NCBI RefSeq assembly: GCF_009914755.1
Contig: NC_060939.1
DNA from: the human T2T-CHM13v2.0 reference genome, Homo sapiens
Direction: 5' to 3' (one strand)
Length of the DNA: 64,000 nt
Shown here: in pieces, positions 31,137 to 45,091 of the stretch
Layout: the number at the start of each line of letters is the position of its first letter
Numbering within the stretch: the stretch's first letter is position 1
Made by a program: the position numbers and the translations under genes
Notes under the pieces: generated by a model
Databases searched by the model: none
What the model was told of the DNA's origin: nothing
The model's input: the letters and a program-made list of their open reading frames with translations, nothing else

Positions 31137-31786
31137 TGGCACAAATTCGGAATAAGACCCTGGGTTCTTAAACTCTTCATGGTTTAGGGGAAGACTCAAA
31201 AAAGCCACAAGACTCCTTGCTAACAAAGCTTGTGGTGTCTTGAAGGATGAAATGGAAAAATGAGGAAGCTGAGGCAGTACTGGTGCTGTTACTGTCGTGG
31301 ACAGACCGTGGTGCTGCAGAGAAATTGGTGCAGTGCCACCGGGATGCACAGGGGTCATGGGGGCTCAGGAGGGGGCCTAGCCCAGGAGGAGGGGATGCCC
31401 ACACTGAGACTTCAAGGAGAGGCTGGAGTTAGGCATGTGCAGGGAACGGGAGAGGCGCACACCTGGCAGAAGGAGTGTGCATCAAGAGCCTGGCAGCAAG
31501 CGACTGTAAGATGGCCAGGAACTGAAAGCAGTTCAGGGCTGTCAGAGCACAAAGGGCCAGCGAGGGGTTGTGGCGGGAAACATGGTTGGAGGGAGCCGGT
31601 GGGCAGAGCCAGTTCATGAAGGATTTACCATTTCTGGGCTGCTGCTGCCCATCCCACAGTGGAGAACTTAAGACCCCAAGATAAAAGTGACTTACACAAG
31701 GTCACACAGCCAGCTGGGGTTCACTCAAAGCTAGAGAAGGAATCCCACCCCGAATCCCGCCCAGATCTCAGGGGGACGTCACTCAC

Positions 31787-31950
31787 CTGCAGGCGTCCAG
31801 AGTAGAGCTGCAGCAGGAGGTGGTCAGCTGGGCCTGCTGCCAGGAGAAGGAGGGCTTCGGGCTGGGACGTGGAGAACTGCAGCTGCAGGTCTATGTCGGT
31901 CAGAGCCGTGGCCACAGGCACCTCCAGGTGGTTCTCACCGAAGAAGGAAG
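31787..31950 (-). CDS. CSPG4: CSPG4 exon 2 (ASFFGENHLEVPVA...YSGRLQ; start of laminin G-like domain 1)
   Basis: Acceptor tctcacacag|, donor CAG|GTGAGT; 164 nt restores phase 0 (cumulative 252). Confidence 0.97.
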
Positions 31951-34900
31951 CTGTGTGAGAGAGGGAGCTGTGGTCAAGGCTCAGACTCTTGCCTGGAGGA
32001 GGCGAGGTGCCGCAAAGAGGGACGGGTGGGTTGCAGAAAGGGGTCCGTGCTGGCGCACCCTCATGGTTCTGCTGTATGGTGCTGCCTCTGAGCACTGCCC
32101 GGGTCCCAGCATCTTCTTGGTCCTGGCACCAGAAGGCACAGGCTCACCTTGTGTCCAGCCCAGATCTTGTATTTACAGGAGGTCAGACCCAGAAATTCCC
32201 AGCAACTCAGGTCTCCTCCTTGGAGGTTCCTGGAGCCAGAGGCCTCCGCCAGCTCTGACTCGCCTCCCCTGGGCCCCAGAGGAGTCTCCCTCGTGGGTCT
32301 GGCTCCTGGACCCAGCCCAAAGGGAACCGCAACTGGCCTGACCATCTGGCTTGGTGGTCACAGCCCCAAGGAATGGAGTTTCTGGAGAATCACCCCCAGT
32401 CCAGACTGATCCCTGCTCAGATTCCTTCTCCTAAGTGCCCTTGTGCTTGGGCTCCTGTGCAGCGCCTGCTGTGCCATGCCCCGCCTCCATGGGTTGGCTG
32501 AGGCCACGACTGGGATCTGGGGGTGGTGTCAGCATGGCCCACCTATCCCCGCTTCTCTCTCAGGCCATTCTTCCAGCTGCCATTGAGCGTCGGGGCAGGA
32601 GCTTATTGGCCTGAGTCTGCCAAGGAGCAAAGGCTCTGAGGCCAGATGGGGACCATGTGCAGTGTCAAACCAAAGTGGGCCCACACTTCCTCCATTACCC
32701 TTGCTATTGCTTCCTGCTGGAGAGCTATTCACAGTCCCCGATGAGCAGTCAGATCCGGCCCCATTGTTTCCACCGTGGCCAAGGAACCAGGGATGAGAAC
32801 AGCTGAGTTCCTAACTTCCCCAGGCCACCACGCAGGCTGAGGCTGAAGACAGGGCTTGGGAGGGGCTGAGGGTCTGCTGGGCAGGCCAAAGAGGGCCTCC
32901 CCAGGCAGAAGGCCATGTCTGGGCTTGCCTGGGGTTAGTGGTTCCTATGCAGGGCCCGTTCTGTCCCATACTGGGACTCCTCCTCTTTTGAATTGCTGCT
33001 TCCTCCAGTCAGTTTCCCCAGATTAGCCTCCCTGACTTCCAACCCGCTGCCACAATTTCTGGTCCATGCCTTTTGTGGTGATAAGAGCCAAATATAACTT
33101 TGACTTTGCCTGCAGATGTCCAGGGCTGGGGGGTAGAGAAACACGGGTTAAAAACGGTGATTCATTCCTGTTGGGCTTCCCTCAAACCCGAGAGCGAGCA
33201 CAGGCTGACGGCCTTGATAGGGATAATCCGGCACCAGCCCCATGTGCTGGTCCCTGGCCAGCCTGAGCCAGCTGCCATCCGCCTGAGTAAGCAGCTTCAG
33301 CCGTTGGAGGAGTCGGAGACTTGTACACCCTAAGGGCAGCCAGCCCCACTGGGAGGGATGTCCAAGAAAGATCCCGTAAGAACCCCTTGGGCTGAGTTAA
33401 ATCCCCTCTAGTTATCTCCTCCTGCCAGCACTGCTGGCAATACCAGCACCTTGTCTGGGAAGCTACGGGAATCAAGGGAGCCCTGCAGACCATCTGCGCG
33501 GGGGCGGCCCAGCTGGTTCAGCAGAGCTTGGCGCCAGCAAGGGACAGACCAGGGAACTGCAGGTGGCGGCCACCTACCGGGGTGCCTTATCTGCAAAGAC
33601 ATTGATTCCTAAGAGCAAAACACAGCACACTAAAGTGAGGGAGGCCATAGCACAAGGGGTGGGGGCACATGGCCCTGCAGGATAGAGCCACCACCGTCAC
33701 CTGCTGGAGCGGCTGACAGCAGCTGCCAGGAGTCTACTGTTGAATTTTCAGGAATTTTGAGAGCCAGGTGATACTGCCCACAGTGAGAACATTTATACCA
33801 GGAAAAGAGGCAAATACTGCAAATCAGGGTTCCCCCTCCCCAAGAAAGCCCATTGCTAAACATTTACCTATCCAGCACCCACAGAGAAGGGGGCACATGT
33901 CCCTGCCCCTACCCACCCTTGCACTAAAGGTATATGTAGACCCGCCAAGTCATGGTCAACATCAGGGCTCTGGGCCAGGCAGGAACTGAACTAGATGGTT
34001 GGCCCTAACCACTGAACCACCTGCCTGCAGCCCCCTCCCAGCAGAGGAGAGTAGAGCCTGTTTGGCCAGAGTGGGAGGGTGGCAGGAAGTAGAGGTACTT
34101 TCCAGAGCGCTGGGGTCTGAATGGGTCCATTGAGGGGCTGGGCCCTGCTGCTTCCTGTGGGGCTGAGCGGGAGGGGCTCACACAGGCTGTCTTGTGCTGC
34201 TGGAGCGCGTGGCCAGGCAGCCCCCCACCCCAACAGAGGCCTCTGAGGCCTTGCTGGCCAGGGCTCTGGAAACTCTGACAGCGCCACTCCCTCCACCTCC
34301 TGGTCTCCTTTTTTCTGCCCCTCTTACACTCTCTGAGGGGCTTCAGTTGCAAGAACTCAGAATCCCTGTCTTGGAGGTGGTGGGGGGGCAGTTGAAGAGG
34401 GGCTTCAAATGGAGAGGGTGTGCAGAATTAAGATGTAATAAGCTAGGAGTCAATCCAGAGGACTTCCTGGAGGAGGTCACGGTGGTGTACAGACACAGAG
34501 AGGGAGGAATAGGCAGTCTCAGAGGACAGCAGCAAGGCCGAGTGAGACTGGCAGGAAGTACACAGGTCCCCTTTGGGTGGGGCTAGGAGGGTTTCTGCTC
34601 CATCACCCGCTAAAGCCTCTGGCTAACTTGAAGGAAGAGAAGTAGAGGGAAAAGTAGAATGGGTCAAGCTAGGCTCGGCTGCGTGACTGGGGCGGGGGGA
34701 TGGAGGAGGTTGTGGGGAGACATTGGCACAGGCTGGATCAGACCTGCCGTTGATTCTCCTGGGTCAAGAGGACCCATGATTCATCAAAACAGCAGACCAA
34801 ACCTGTAGCAGCCCCATGGGCTGCCCTCTGAGCCAGGAGAAGGGGCCCACTTCAGGCCTCAGTGTCACCATTCTGTAAAATGGGCACAGTCCCTCCCACC

Positions 34901-37900
34901 CCTTCCCCCTCCTGACTGTGGGGATTAGTCCTGGGGGTCTCTCCCTGATCTAGGAGTTTGCTGTCCATATGGATGTGGGGAAGGTTAATGGCATGGGGTG
35001 CCTGGAGGTGCCAAGCCTTGGGCATGAGAGGAGCAGGATGCCCCACAGGTCTGGGGGCCCGTGGGAGGGGCAGGAAGAGTGCTGCGTGTATGGGTTTCTC
35101 TCTCTGGAAGGCGCGTCAGTGGGCGTCCAGGGCTGTATATTAATAGATGTGTATTTGTGTGTGCGCAAGCATGTGGGTGGCTGCTGGGGGTGTGCTTTGG
35201 GTTTGCGTAAGGCTGTGTGTTTGTGTGTGTGTGCGCGTGTGTGGGCCGGGAGCTGCCAGGACAGAGCAATGATTGTGCCCGGGCCTGTCCTGCCCTTCGG
35301 TGCCCGCCTGCCATTACTTGGCTGGGCCTGGCTCCATGAAAGGGGCTGTGTGTTCTTGGAGGGTTCCTGCCCCTCCTGCTCAGCGCCCATAGAGAGGTTT
35401 GCTAAAGGTGGGTACATCCTCAGGCTTCCCACCCTTCCTCCCCATAAACAGGGCACTGCTGTCTGGGCCTGAGGGTGGGGTGGCTCCATCCTTCTTCCTG
35501 AGATCTAGGCCTGGGGGCACAGAAAAAGCCTGTTTCCTTCCCTGCCAAGTCCCTTCTCAGGGGCTAGAGGAAACCTCGGTCAAGGTCCCCAGCAAGCCCC
35601 CTCTGTCAGGGCAAGGGCTGCGCTGGCATCTCCGGGCTCCCCGGAGGCACTACTAGGAGGAGTGTGGATGGGCCCCTGAGGCTTCCAGCCTGACACCCAG
35701 CCCTCTGTCTGACACCAGGCTCCGGGGACAAGGAGTCGCTGTGAGGGGAACATCTCTGCCCATCAGGCCCGCCTCCCCCGGCCAGGGCCCCACCTTCCCC
35801 AGCCAGGCCAGGGCCGGGTCTCAGGCACAGATGCCTCTTCCAGGCTGAGGGCTGCTGTGGGCTCTGTTCCTTCTGAGTCCTCAGAAGGCTGCCTGTGTCC
35901 CTGTATCTGCCCCATCTCTCCTTCGCCTCCGGCCATCCCTGCTGCCAGGCTCTGCCTCTGCTCCCCCTGGTCTCCCCCTAGCTCTTTGGCTCCCTCTTCC
36001 CTCTGCCCCATCCTGGCTGTCCCTGGGCACATCACCCTTTGCTCTAGGACAGTCTGGAGGGCCCCGGCCTGGGGCCCCACCCTCCATGGGTGCTGAGTCC
36101 CACAGCATCAGCATTCTCTGTAGCTCAAGCCTGCTGCAGGGCACTCAGCTTCCACCTTCCAGACAGACAAACTGAGGCTCCAGAGGAGAAGCGATTTGAC
36201 GAAGAGAAGCAGAAAGAGATCCAGCAGGTCCCAGCACCACCCGTGTGAGCCCTACCCACTCAGGCACCCCCACTGTACCCCACTCTCTGGCAATGGATCC
36301 CTGTGTGCCCCACTCCCGCCATGTTCCTGGTTGCCTGGGGGCAGCCCCACAGCCAGGCTGCGTCATGGGAGCAGCAGCATTCCTGGGTGTCTGCTGCTGC
36401 CTGACTTTATAAGGGAGAAATTCTGGGAGCCCGGAGCTGCTGGCCCGTGGGGAGTGCCTGGGCCCGTAGTTGAGGGTGAGGGCAGGAGACCTGGACATCT
36501 GTATGTGGGGGAGGGACACCCAGTGCCACAGAGACAGAGCAGGAGGTGAGAGGTGGAATGCGTAATAGAGACCCATTCATTCATTCACTCAATCACAAAT
36601 ACAGCAATACAGTGATGGGAATGGAAGAAGACAGCTAACATGGGAGAAAGTTATTAAAACTGAGAAGGAGAAATCAAGATGCCCTCCTCCATAAAGACTG
36701 GATTCACATACAGACCAAGGCCTGAGGAAGGAGACGGAGGAGGAAAACTCGAGGGAGACAGAGAAGGCGGGATGTTGGCAGCAAGCCTGCTGCTGTGCAC
36801 AGGAGTGAGGAGGGGATGCCCAGCCAGCCTGCTGGGGAGGGAGGGCCCTGCTCCAAGACGAAGCCAGACTTCTCCATCACCGCCCCTCGGGGTTTGGCAC
36901 CACGGCGGGAGATCCTGGCTCCAGGTCTGGGCAGGCAGGGGTGAGGGAGTCTGAGGGGGCTGTGGGATGGGGTATTCTGGGAGGGCCAAGGCCGGGATGA
37001 AGGGCTCTCTGTCTCCCCTCATAGGTGTGTATGTGGTGGGGCGGGGGGGGGTCGTGGCCCACCTGGGGGCTGAATGCCGGCTCTGTGAGAGCATGGACGG
37101 GCCAGGTGTGCTTCCCCAGCAGCGGACCCTCCCTGAGGTCACCTGGCCCTCTAGACCTCAGGTCAGTTCCCCTCCCCTCCCCTTGCACCTCCAAGGGACT
37201 CCCCGATTTTACTTCCGCCACCAATCTACTTCCAACCAAGCAGGCAGGGCATGGGTGAGTGTGTGCAGGAATGTGGGTCAGTGTCACATGTACACACGTG
37301 TGTGGCGGCAAGGCAGGCGAGGAAGGGGTGCGCTGGGTCCCTGGTCTGGCCCCACTGTGGGCCCTGGATACCGAGACATAACTGGGGGTCCCCTCCCCAG
37401 CACATTGGTCTCCCTGGGCTCCTCAGGCAAGGGAGAAGCTGTCTGGTGTGCCTACTCAGGGGTGAGCCCCTCTCAAACCTCCTCCCAGCAGACTCCCCAA
37501 GGCTCAGCCACCCACACTGAGCTATCACCTTCACCCAACCCTGTTACTCTGAGGGTAACAAGGGGGTAGGTTACAGGGGAGACTTAAGGTCAGACTAAGG
37601 GGAGCGACCTGCCCAGTGATGACACTGGGGTCACCAGGGCCCAGGCCTAGAAGGCTCATCACTGGCCAGGGTGGGCTGCCTGGGAGACGCTCACACACCT
37701 GCAGACCCCTCAGGGCTCACTGCTCTTTAGCAACTCTTCCTGGCTGCTTCCAGACTGGGATTCCACCACCCAGGGCCATCCCCGCGGCCCAAGGACTGCC
37801 TGCTCCTCTCCTGTCCCGTGAGCTACCGAAATGCGGACAACAGTAGGTTAGTTCCAAATCCCATGGAGCTTACAACAGCAGCCATCATCTCAGGAGACAC

Positions 37901-40900
37901 TGCTTTATCCCAGTGGGGTGCTGGAGTGCTAGGCACCTGCTCAGGTGACTGCCTCCACGTCTAAATGCTGCAGAGACCTCTGTCGGGGTCAGGGCAGCAC
38001 CAAAAACTCTTGAGCCAAGAGACACACACTCAGGTCAGCTGACCTTCTGTTTAGTTGCCTTTCTGGTCCCTTGCAAGGCCAAGGGGGCCAGGGAGGAAAA
38101 CAGTTTCCTCAGCTATTGGCTGGGCCCTGACCCTGGTCACTGGCCTCAGCTACCATCCTCTAACCAAGCGCTTTGAGTCACCCACGTAGAGGGGCATGTG
38201 CTGGGGAACATTTCCAGTTGAGGGAAACCGTCTGGAAGATGAGTGGAAGCAGGGGCAGGTGGGGTGGGAGAAGCTGAGCTTGGTCCACAGAGGCTGATAG
38301 GGGCTGCACCCTGGGCTCCCAGCCACATGTCCCAACCCTGGGGCCTTGTGGAGCACAGAGGAAGCAGGAGGGGAAATGAGAGGTTTTGAGGGAAGAAGCA
38401 GCCCAGAGTCCACCCAGGCGGGAGGGCTGGGCCGGGGGAGGAGGAAGCGGGGCCTCAATGGTGTCTTTGTGGAAGTCTTGCTGCTCCCCAGGCCTCAGGC
38501 GAGGAGGGTGGGGTGGCTGCGGTGGGGAGCGGTTCCAAGAGGCTTTTCCCTGCCTTATAATCTTCCCTCTTGGACAGGGAGATGGGTGGGTTTCCAGGCT
38601 CCATCCGTACCCTCCTTTCCCCCACTTTCCTGGCCCTAGAGGACCTGGGACCCTCACCTCAGTGGACCCAGGCTGGGGTAGGGTTTCTGGCAGGGAAGAG
38701 AAGAGTGAAGGACCCTCACTTGGCACTGGGCCTGCACAGCCCCCCAGCCCTAGCAGGGCTCCTGGGAGGCATCTCCCATGTTACAGGTGAGGAAACTGAG
38801 GCTCAGAGAGGGCAGTCCTCCGTGCTAGCCTGTGGAGCAGTGGCAGGGCTGGGACTTAAGCTCCCGTGGGTGTGGCTCCAGAGCTAGGGGCTGTGGGTGT
38901 CAGCAGGGCACATGCACCGTGTGTGCACCCAGAGAGGCGTGGTGGGTTTGCTTGCTGCCTGTGAATCGGAAGTGGAGCATCTGCCAATGGCCCCAGTGGG
39001 AGGAGGGTGTGAGAGCTGGACCCCAGCCTGGGGAACACACACTCTTTCCCTTCCTGTCCCCTGGGACTCTTCTGTCAGGGCCGGGTGGAGGGGGCAGCGA
39101 GGAGGGGGGGACAGCGAGGAGGGGAGGGAAGCATCTGCTCTCCTTGGGCGGTTTGGCAGCCCCTCCTCTGTGGCTCTGGGGCTGGCCGAATCGGGAGGGC
39201 CCTTCTGCAGGGGCTGGCGGGGGATGACTAGGTCCAGAAGCCAGTGATAAGTGCCAGCCCTGCCCACTGGTGACTTGGAGGTCTGGGAGGAGGGTGGAGA
39301 GACAGGGGTCTGGGTGGGAGCTGCCCCCAGGAGGCTGAGGGCCAGGCTCTCTCCTGGGCTGTGTCCAGGACCAGGCAGCCCATGGCTCATCTCTGAGTTC
39401 CCCTTGGCTCTGGCAGCAGAAACTGCTGAAGACAGGGCTGCTGGGGCGGCGTCTCGGGGCTTCCCCAGCCTGGCGGGCTGGGTCTGGAGATAGTGAGTGT
39501 GTGAGTTGGGATGGGGGAAGAACAGAGGAAATGGTGACTGTGGGTCTGGACGGCTGCCTGGACCTGAAATCTGGTGGCACAACTTGTGCACAGTAGCCTT
39601 GTGTGCCTCCTCCTCAGTTCCCCCATCTGAATACAGAGGGTGGGCTCACCCCACAGACAGAAGTCCATGTCCAGGGCAGAAGCCTGGGTCAGGGCTCACA
39701 CCCCCAGCACACACACAGGGCTCAGAGCCATGTGCTTCCATGCTTTCCCTGGCCTCAGTGTCCCCATCTGTAAAAGGGGACCTGGATAGAGGGACTGACA
39801 CACATCTGGCCTCTGACCAGCCCAGCAGACTGGCAAGAGGTGTGGCCACTACCGTGGGTACAGTAGAGCCACCTCTGGCCTAAATGGCCACAGGTCTAGC
39901 CAGACTGGAAGCTCTTGAGGACAGGACCAGGGCCCACATCTCCTTCCCAGGGCATCTGTGCAGCAAGAAGGCCATGGACCTGTGATGAGGGAGGTGATGT
40001 CAGCATCTAAGGGAACGAAAGGATCAAATGAGATGGCATTTGTCCCGTGTGAGGGTTTTTCTATCAGGCAGAGCTGTCCCACCACAGCAAGTCCCAGCAC
40101 TGGTGGTGCTCCAGTGGGAGGGCGTTGCCGGGGGGTGCACCAGGAAACCTCAGTGTCCTTGCTAGTGAAGCTCTGGGCTACCCAGGCCCATCAGAGATCC
40201 CGAGACTGAGACCTCTCTTCCTGGGCAGGCCTGACTCCTCCTGGAATAGGTTCCTGCCTAGCACCCCCACCTGCCAACTGCCTGGAAGCCTGCAGCCTGT
40301 GGGCCCCCCCTGGAGCTGTGCCCACCGCCACCACACTCCCTCTGGCCCTCCTTTTCTCTCCCGGCCTCAGGCCCAGCCTCTGCTAATGCACCACGTCTCT
40401 CTCACTGGCACCAACTCTCCAGGGCTCCAGGCCCACTGCCAGTGTCCCTCAGATGTCCATGGCAGGAACACCCACAGGAACCCCCAAGCCCAACCCCACC
40501 CAAAGCAAGGAGGACTCAGTGTACTCTCCCCTACAGCTGGCTCGCCAGCCCCGTGAAGGCCCGACTGTCCACCTGTTGCTGAGTAGACATCTGAGGGTCG
40601 CACTGAACTCTCCTCCTCCTCCCTCCCCACAGCCACTGCTGATTAATACTCAGGTTCCATCCATCCAGTCCCCAAATTCTCCTTCAACTTCATCTTCCTC
40701 TCTTGCTCCCTGGTCCATCCATAAGGCGGCTGGCCACCGTCCTCGGTCTGGCTTAATCAATCTCCTGACTCCCTTTGCTAATAGCAGCCCCAGTTAACCC
40801 AAACTGAAAGCCACTCCCTCAGCCTCCCTTGCCTTTGGTGGCTCCCATTGCCCCAGGGTCAGGCCCCCACCCCCGGGTGGCACTGAAGGCCAGGGTGCCC

Positions 40901-43900
40901 TCAACTCTGCCTGCAGGGTCTCTTGCTCTCTTCCAAGGACACTCCACGCCTCCGTCTCACTAGACTCTGCACTGACTCCGTGCACACCTAGCAGGGCCGA
41001 CCTGCTGCCTTCGCTCAGGCTGGGCCTGCTGCTGGGCCAGCTCTTCTCTCCTGTCCACCTGTGAAATGTCCTCATGCTCTTTCAGGAAAAAAGCCCAAAG
41101 CACCTTCTGTGTCCTTGGGGTGCAAAGACACTCGCTGCGGCCCAGGGGGCTGTGCTGTTGTCACCTCTCTCCATTTACACTGTGAGCCTTGGGGACAAGA
41201 CTGACCTTGCTTGGGGACAGGACGTGGGAGGAAAGGAGGGAGGGGCCCACCAGGGCATGAGGGCCATGGGCCCAGTGGGAGGGGCTGCCTCTGGGAGCTC
41301 GCCCCAGCCCTCCCCACCTTGTCTTACCTCCAGTCTCCTTTCCAGGCCTCCTCTGCCCTCCAGAGCCCCAGGGCTCAGAGGCAGGGGACTGGACACTATG
41401 GCCTGGGAGGGCTCGAGGGACTGCCAGAGCCAGAGACTGCTTTTCTGGGCCTGTGGTGACAGAGTCTGGTGCTTGTTTTTAAAGAAAATAGAATCCGAGC
41501 CCCTATTTATAGCCGGAGGCCACAGCCACAGACAGAAGACGGATGGGGTTTGAGGCTTACAGGCCCCTGCTCTAGCATGGACTGGGAGGTGGGGCCATTC
41601 CCAGGCCCCCCTGCCCGCCTTTGTCAACCCCCAAGGAAGTGCCTGTGGGATCCTGACACTCCCTGGGACAGGATGTAGCCTGCACTTTGGGGCACGGGAG
41701 GACCTGGTGAGGGGAGCGGAACATTTCTCAGGATTGGTCCCTGGGGCCCAGAGTCCCTTGTGGGAATGGGAGGAGGTGAGGGTCTGTTATGTCTACTGAG
41801 AAGGCAGAGAGGGCCCTGGGGACGGGTGGGGTGCTGGCGGCAGGGAGCACTTCTGACTGCCGTGGAACCCGGTAAAGGAGAAGGGAAGGAGAACAGAGCA
41901 GGACTGGAGAGATGGGCAGACAGACAGAGAGACAGGGTAGGAAAGACAGACAGAAAGAGATGGAGGAACCACAGCCAGGGGTGGGAAAGGACAGAGAGAT
42001 GGAGAGAGCGGGATGGGGGGATGGACTGAGAGATCGGGGGTGCTCTGCAGCCCGGGTGACCCTGCGCAGGGGCAGACAGAAGCCGTGAGGGGAGACTGAA
42101 GTGTGGCTTCCGTCCCATAGAGTCTTCATGGTGCTCCAGGCAGCGTGGTCAGAGTCCGGGTGGAGCCGGTGAGGAGGGAGGAAGCAGGCGTCTCTGTGGC
42201 CTCGCCCACCCCCAGCCTCCAGGGTCTAGGGGCTGGAGACCCTCCGTTCCCGGCAGTCTCCACGGGGAAGGCCCAGGCCTGTTGGAGGCAACGCAATGCG
42301 GTGGGGCAGAGCCCAGATTGACCTTGTCACCAAGATCCCCAAGGGCTGTCTTGGGCACGGCCGGGACCTTGAGGGACAGGTCTGGTCTCTGGCTTGTTAT
42401 GGAGTGAGTTCCCTAGGCCTGGAGGGCTCACAAGCTAAGGCTATGGCCTGGACTCACACCTGCTGCCAGCCTCTACGCAGACCCCTCCCTTGGCTGCGCT
42501 TGTAGGGGCTGTGGGGTAACCGTAGCCTGGGGCATGTGTCATGGAGCCACAAGCAGTGACTCAGACAGTTAAAAAAGGAGCAGCTCTGAGTGGTGACTCA
42601 ATTGGCTCTGGAGGGGCTGGGTGGGTCTGGCTGGTACAAGATGGGGTGGTCTGGGTTTATTTTTGGCAGGGCGGGGCTGGGGCCAGGGGGTGGAAGATGG
42701 GAACCGGGGGTGGAGAGGAGCCGCTGCTCTCATCCCGGGGGGAGCCCCAGGGCTCCATGCCAACTTAGGAAAGTGGCTTTCCAATGCCAGGGAGTCCTGG
42801 CAGGCTGGGCTGCTTCTCAGCCCCATTCCAGGCCTAGCCTGCCTTGCTGCTTGGCCCAGGACAAGCAGCTGGCTCTCTCTAGATAGAGGCAGAGGCCCCT
42901 GTCCTGTTCCCAAGAGGCTCAAGCTCAGAATTTAGAGCTGACCTAGGAGACTGAAGATTCCACCCAGAGGCCCAGATAGGGCCAGGGGTCTCCCCAAGGC
43001 CACACAGCAGGGCCAGGTAGCCCAAGGGCTGTGGCACCATCAGCCAGCTGGCTCAGGCCTCTACAATATCTCGCTGGCCCCAGGGCTGTCCACGGTTGGA
43101 GGGACAGCCCCCGTCTGAGTACCCACCCCTGGAGGGGCTCAGCCAGGCTCCAGATGGGTGGCCAGAAGCACACGGGCCCCAGATGCCCAGAGATGGAACC
43201 TTGGCCAGGGGCAGCCACCTGGATTCCATTAAAACATGTGGGTGGGGGGCCTGGCCGGGCCCTGTCCAGGGGTCTGTGGAGAAGAGTCACCTCTACGTGG
43301 GTGAAGGCAGTGGGGGCCTGCACAATGGGATCTTGCCCTGAGGGCTCAGGCACAGGCCTGCCCTTGTCCGGGGTCCCTCCAGTGTCCCTGCCCCGAGCTG
43401 TGCACCCCACTCTGCAGTCACCTCAGTCACCTCCCCACACCTCCCCCTACTCTGAGCTCACATACACCCATACCACTGAGGGGTCCTAGCAGCCCAGAGC
43501 GGAGAGGGCTGTCCCCTCCCTCAGTCCGGATTTCTGCTCCTCGTGATGCAGCCACCACTGCTTATATCATGAGTGGTGGTAACAGCCCCATGGTGACTCT
43601 GGCAGGTGAGCTGTCCCACGTCCCTGGGCCCTGGCCTCCAGCCCCCACCTCCAGAGAGGGACTCGCGAGGGGTTGGTAGAGAGCAGGGAAAAGACAGGCT
43701 TCTAGGGTCCCCGTCCCATAAAAGGTCTTGGGGCCTGCTCATTCTCTTCTCCTCACTCACCTGCTCTGGGGACAGGGGGTTCCTGCTGTGCCCCGGCCCA
43801 GTGAGCCCCATCCTAGGGGCTGTTAGGCTTGGGAGAAACAGGCCCTGGGGAGGGCCAGGCAGGGGCTGTCCCCACTTCTTCTAGCACTGAGAGAGGGGTG

Positions 43901-44149
43901 TGGGCCTCAGCCCAGTTAGCCACAGAGATGCAGACCCCCACCCCCTCCCACCTTCTGAAGGGTCCTGGGCTGGCAGGCAGCCGCTGGCTGATACCCTCTC
44001 CAGAGCCCACCTCTCCTTTTCCATGTCACTTAGTCCCACACAGACTCACGGGGCCACCTCCTCTAGGCCTTTGCCTCGGAATCTTCCTTAAACACTCCTA
44101 AGCAGAAGTCCCCATGTTGCCGGGCCACTCCACCCTGGGAAGAAGATGC

Positions 44150-44380
44150 TAATAGCAGAGTGACTGCAGCTTCAGGAGCAGATGTCCACCGAGCATTGAT
44201 TCCAGGCAAAGTGTCTTGCTTAATCCTTACAACACGTAAGAGGTTGGAATTATTTATCCCCATTTTAGAGAGGAGAAAACTGAGGCTCAGAAAGACAGAG
44301 TCACTTGCCCAAGGTCATGCATAGAGCGTCAGGGCTGGAATTCAACCTGAGCTCTCTAATGCCGTGTTTCACCACCATGT
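44150..44380 (-). mobile_element. MIR
   Basis: atccccattttagagaggagaaaactgaggctcaga...cacttgcccaaggtca. Confidence 0.75.
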
Positions 44381-44546
44381 GCCTGGCCTCCTGCTTCCCT
44401 GTGTGGGTTCCCACAGCTCAGGACTCAGAGGAGGGAGAGATGGGGCCTGGGTCAGGGCTGAGGGGCAGGGGAGGGGCTCCCTCTCAGCTGCTCGCAGACT
44501 CCCAAAAAGGGTGATTTGCTCCTCCTTGACCAGGGTGGGAAGTAAA

Positions 44547-44736
44547 AGTGTGTGTGTGTATCTGTGTCTGTATGTGTCTGTGTGCATATGTGTGTGTCTG
44601 TGCCTGTGTGTATATGTCTGTGTGCGTGTGTGTGTGCGTATGTGTGTCTGTGTGCATGTGTCTGTGTCTGTATGTCTGTGTGTATCTATGTCTGTGTGTG
44701 CCTGTGTGCGTATGTCTGTGTCTCTGTGTGTGTGTG
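44547..44736. repeat. Degenerate (TG)n / TGTGTC / TGTATG simple repeat
   Basis: Directly visible. Confidence 0.9.
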
Positions 44737-45091
44737 GCTAGGCCTCAGGCCTGCCTGGCTGGACTCTAGCTGCAGGAGAGCTGGTCTGGCCCCAGCAACT
44801 GTGCACAGGGAAGGGGCAGGGAGAAGCGGGTGTCGTGGGAATCAGTGTCCTGGTCCCACTGGTATTTATAGCTGCCCCTTCCTGAAATGTGGGTGGGGGA
44901 AGGGGCTGCTCTTAGGTGGGAACGGAAGTTCGTCTCCTCTCCCCAGCCCCCTCTGTCTCCCCAGAGAGTGGACTGGCCCAGGCCAGAGGGCCTGCCCTGG
45001 CGGGGGAACGAGGCACTGTGTCCTGATTTTGGGGGTTTTCCCTGGGGCTGCTGGCTCGGGGCAGGACACTCTCCTTGCCTACTGAGCAATA

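Noticed and set aside
44364-45085. Cys/Val-rich ORFs resembling metallothionein or keratin-associated proteins
   Set aside because: Translation of the TG microsatellite.
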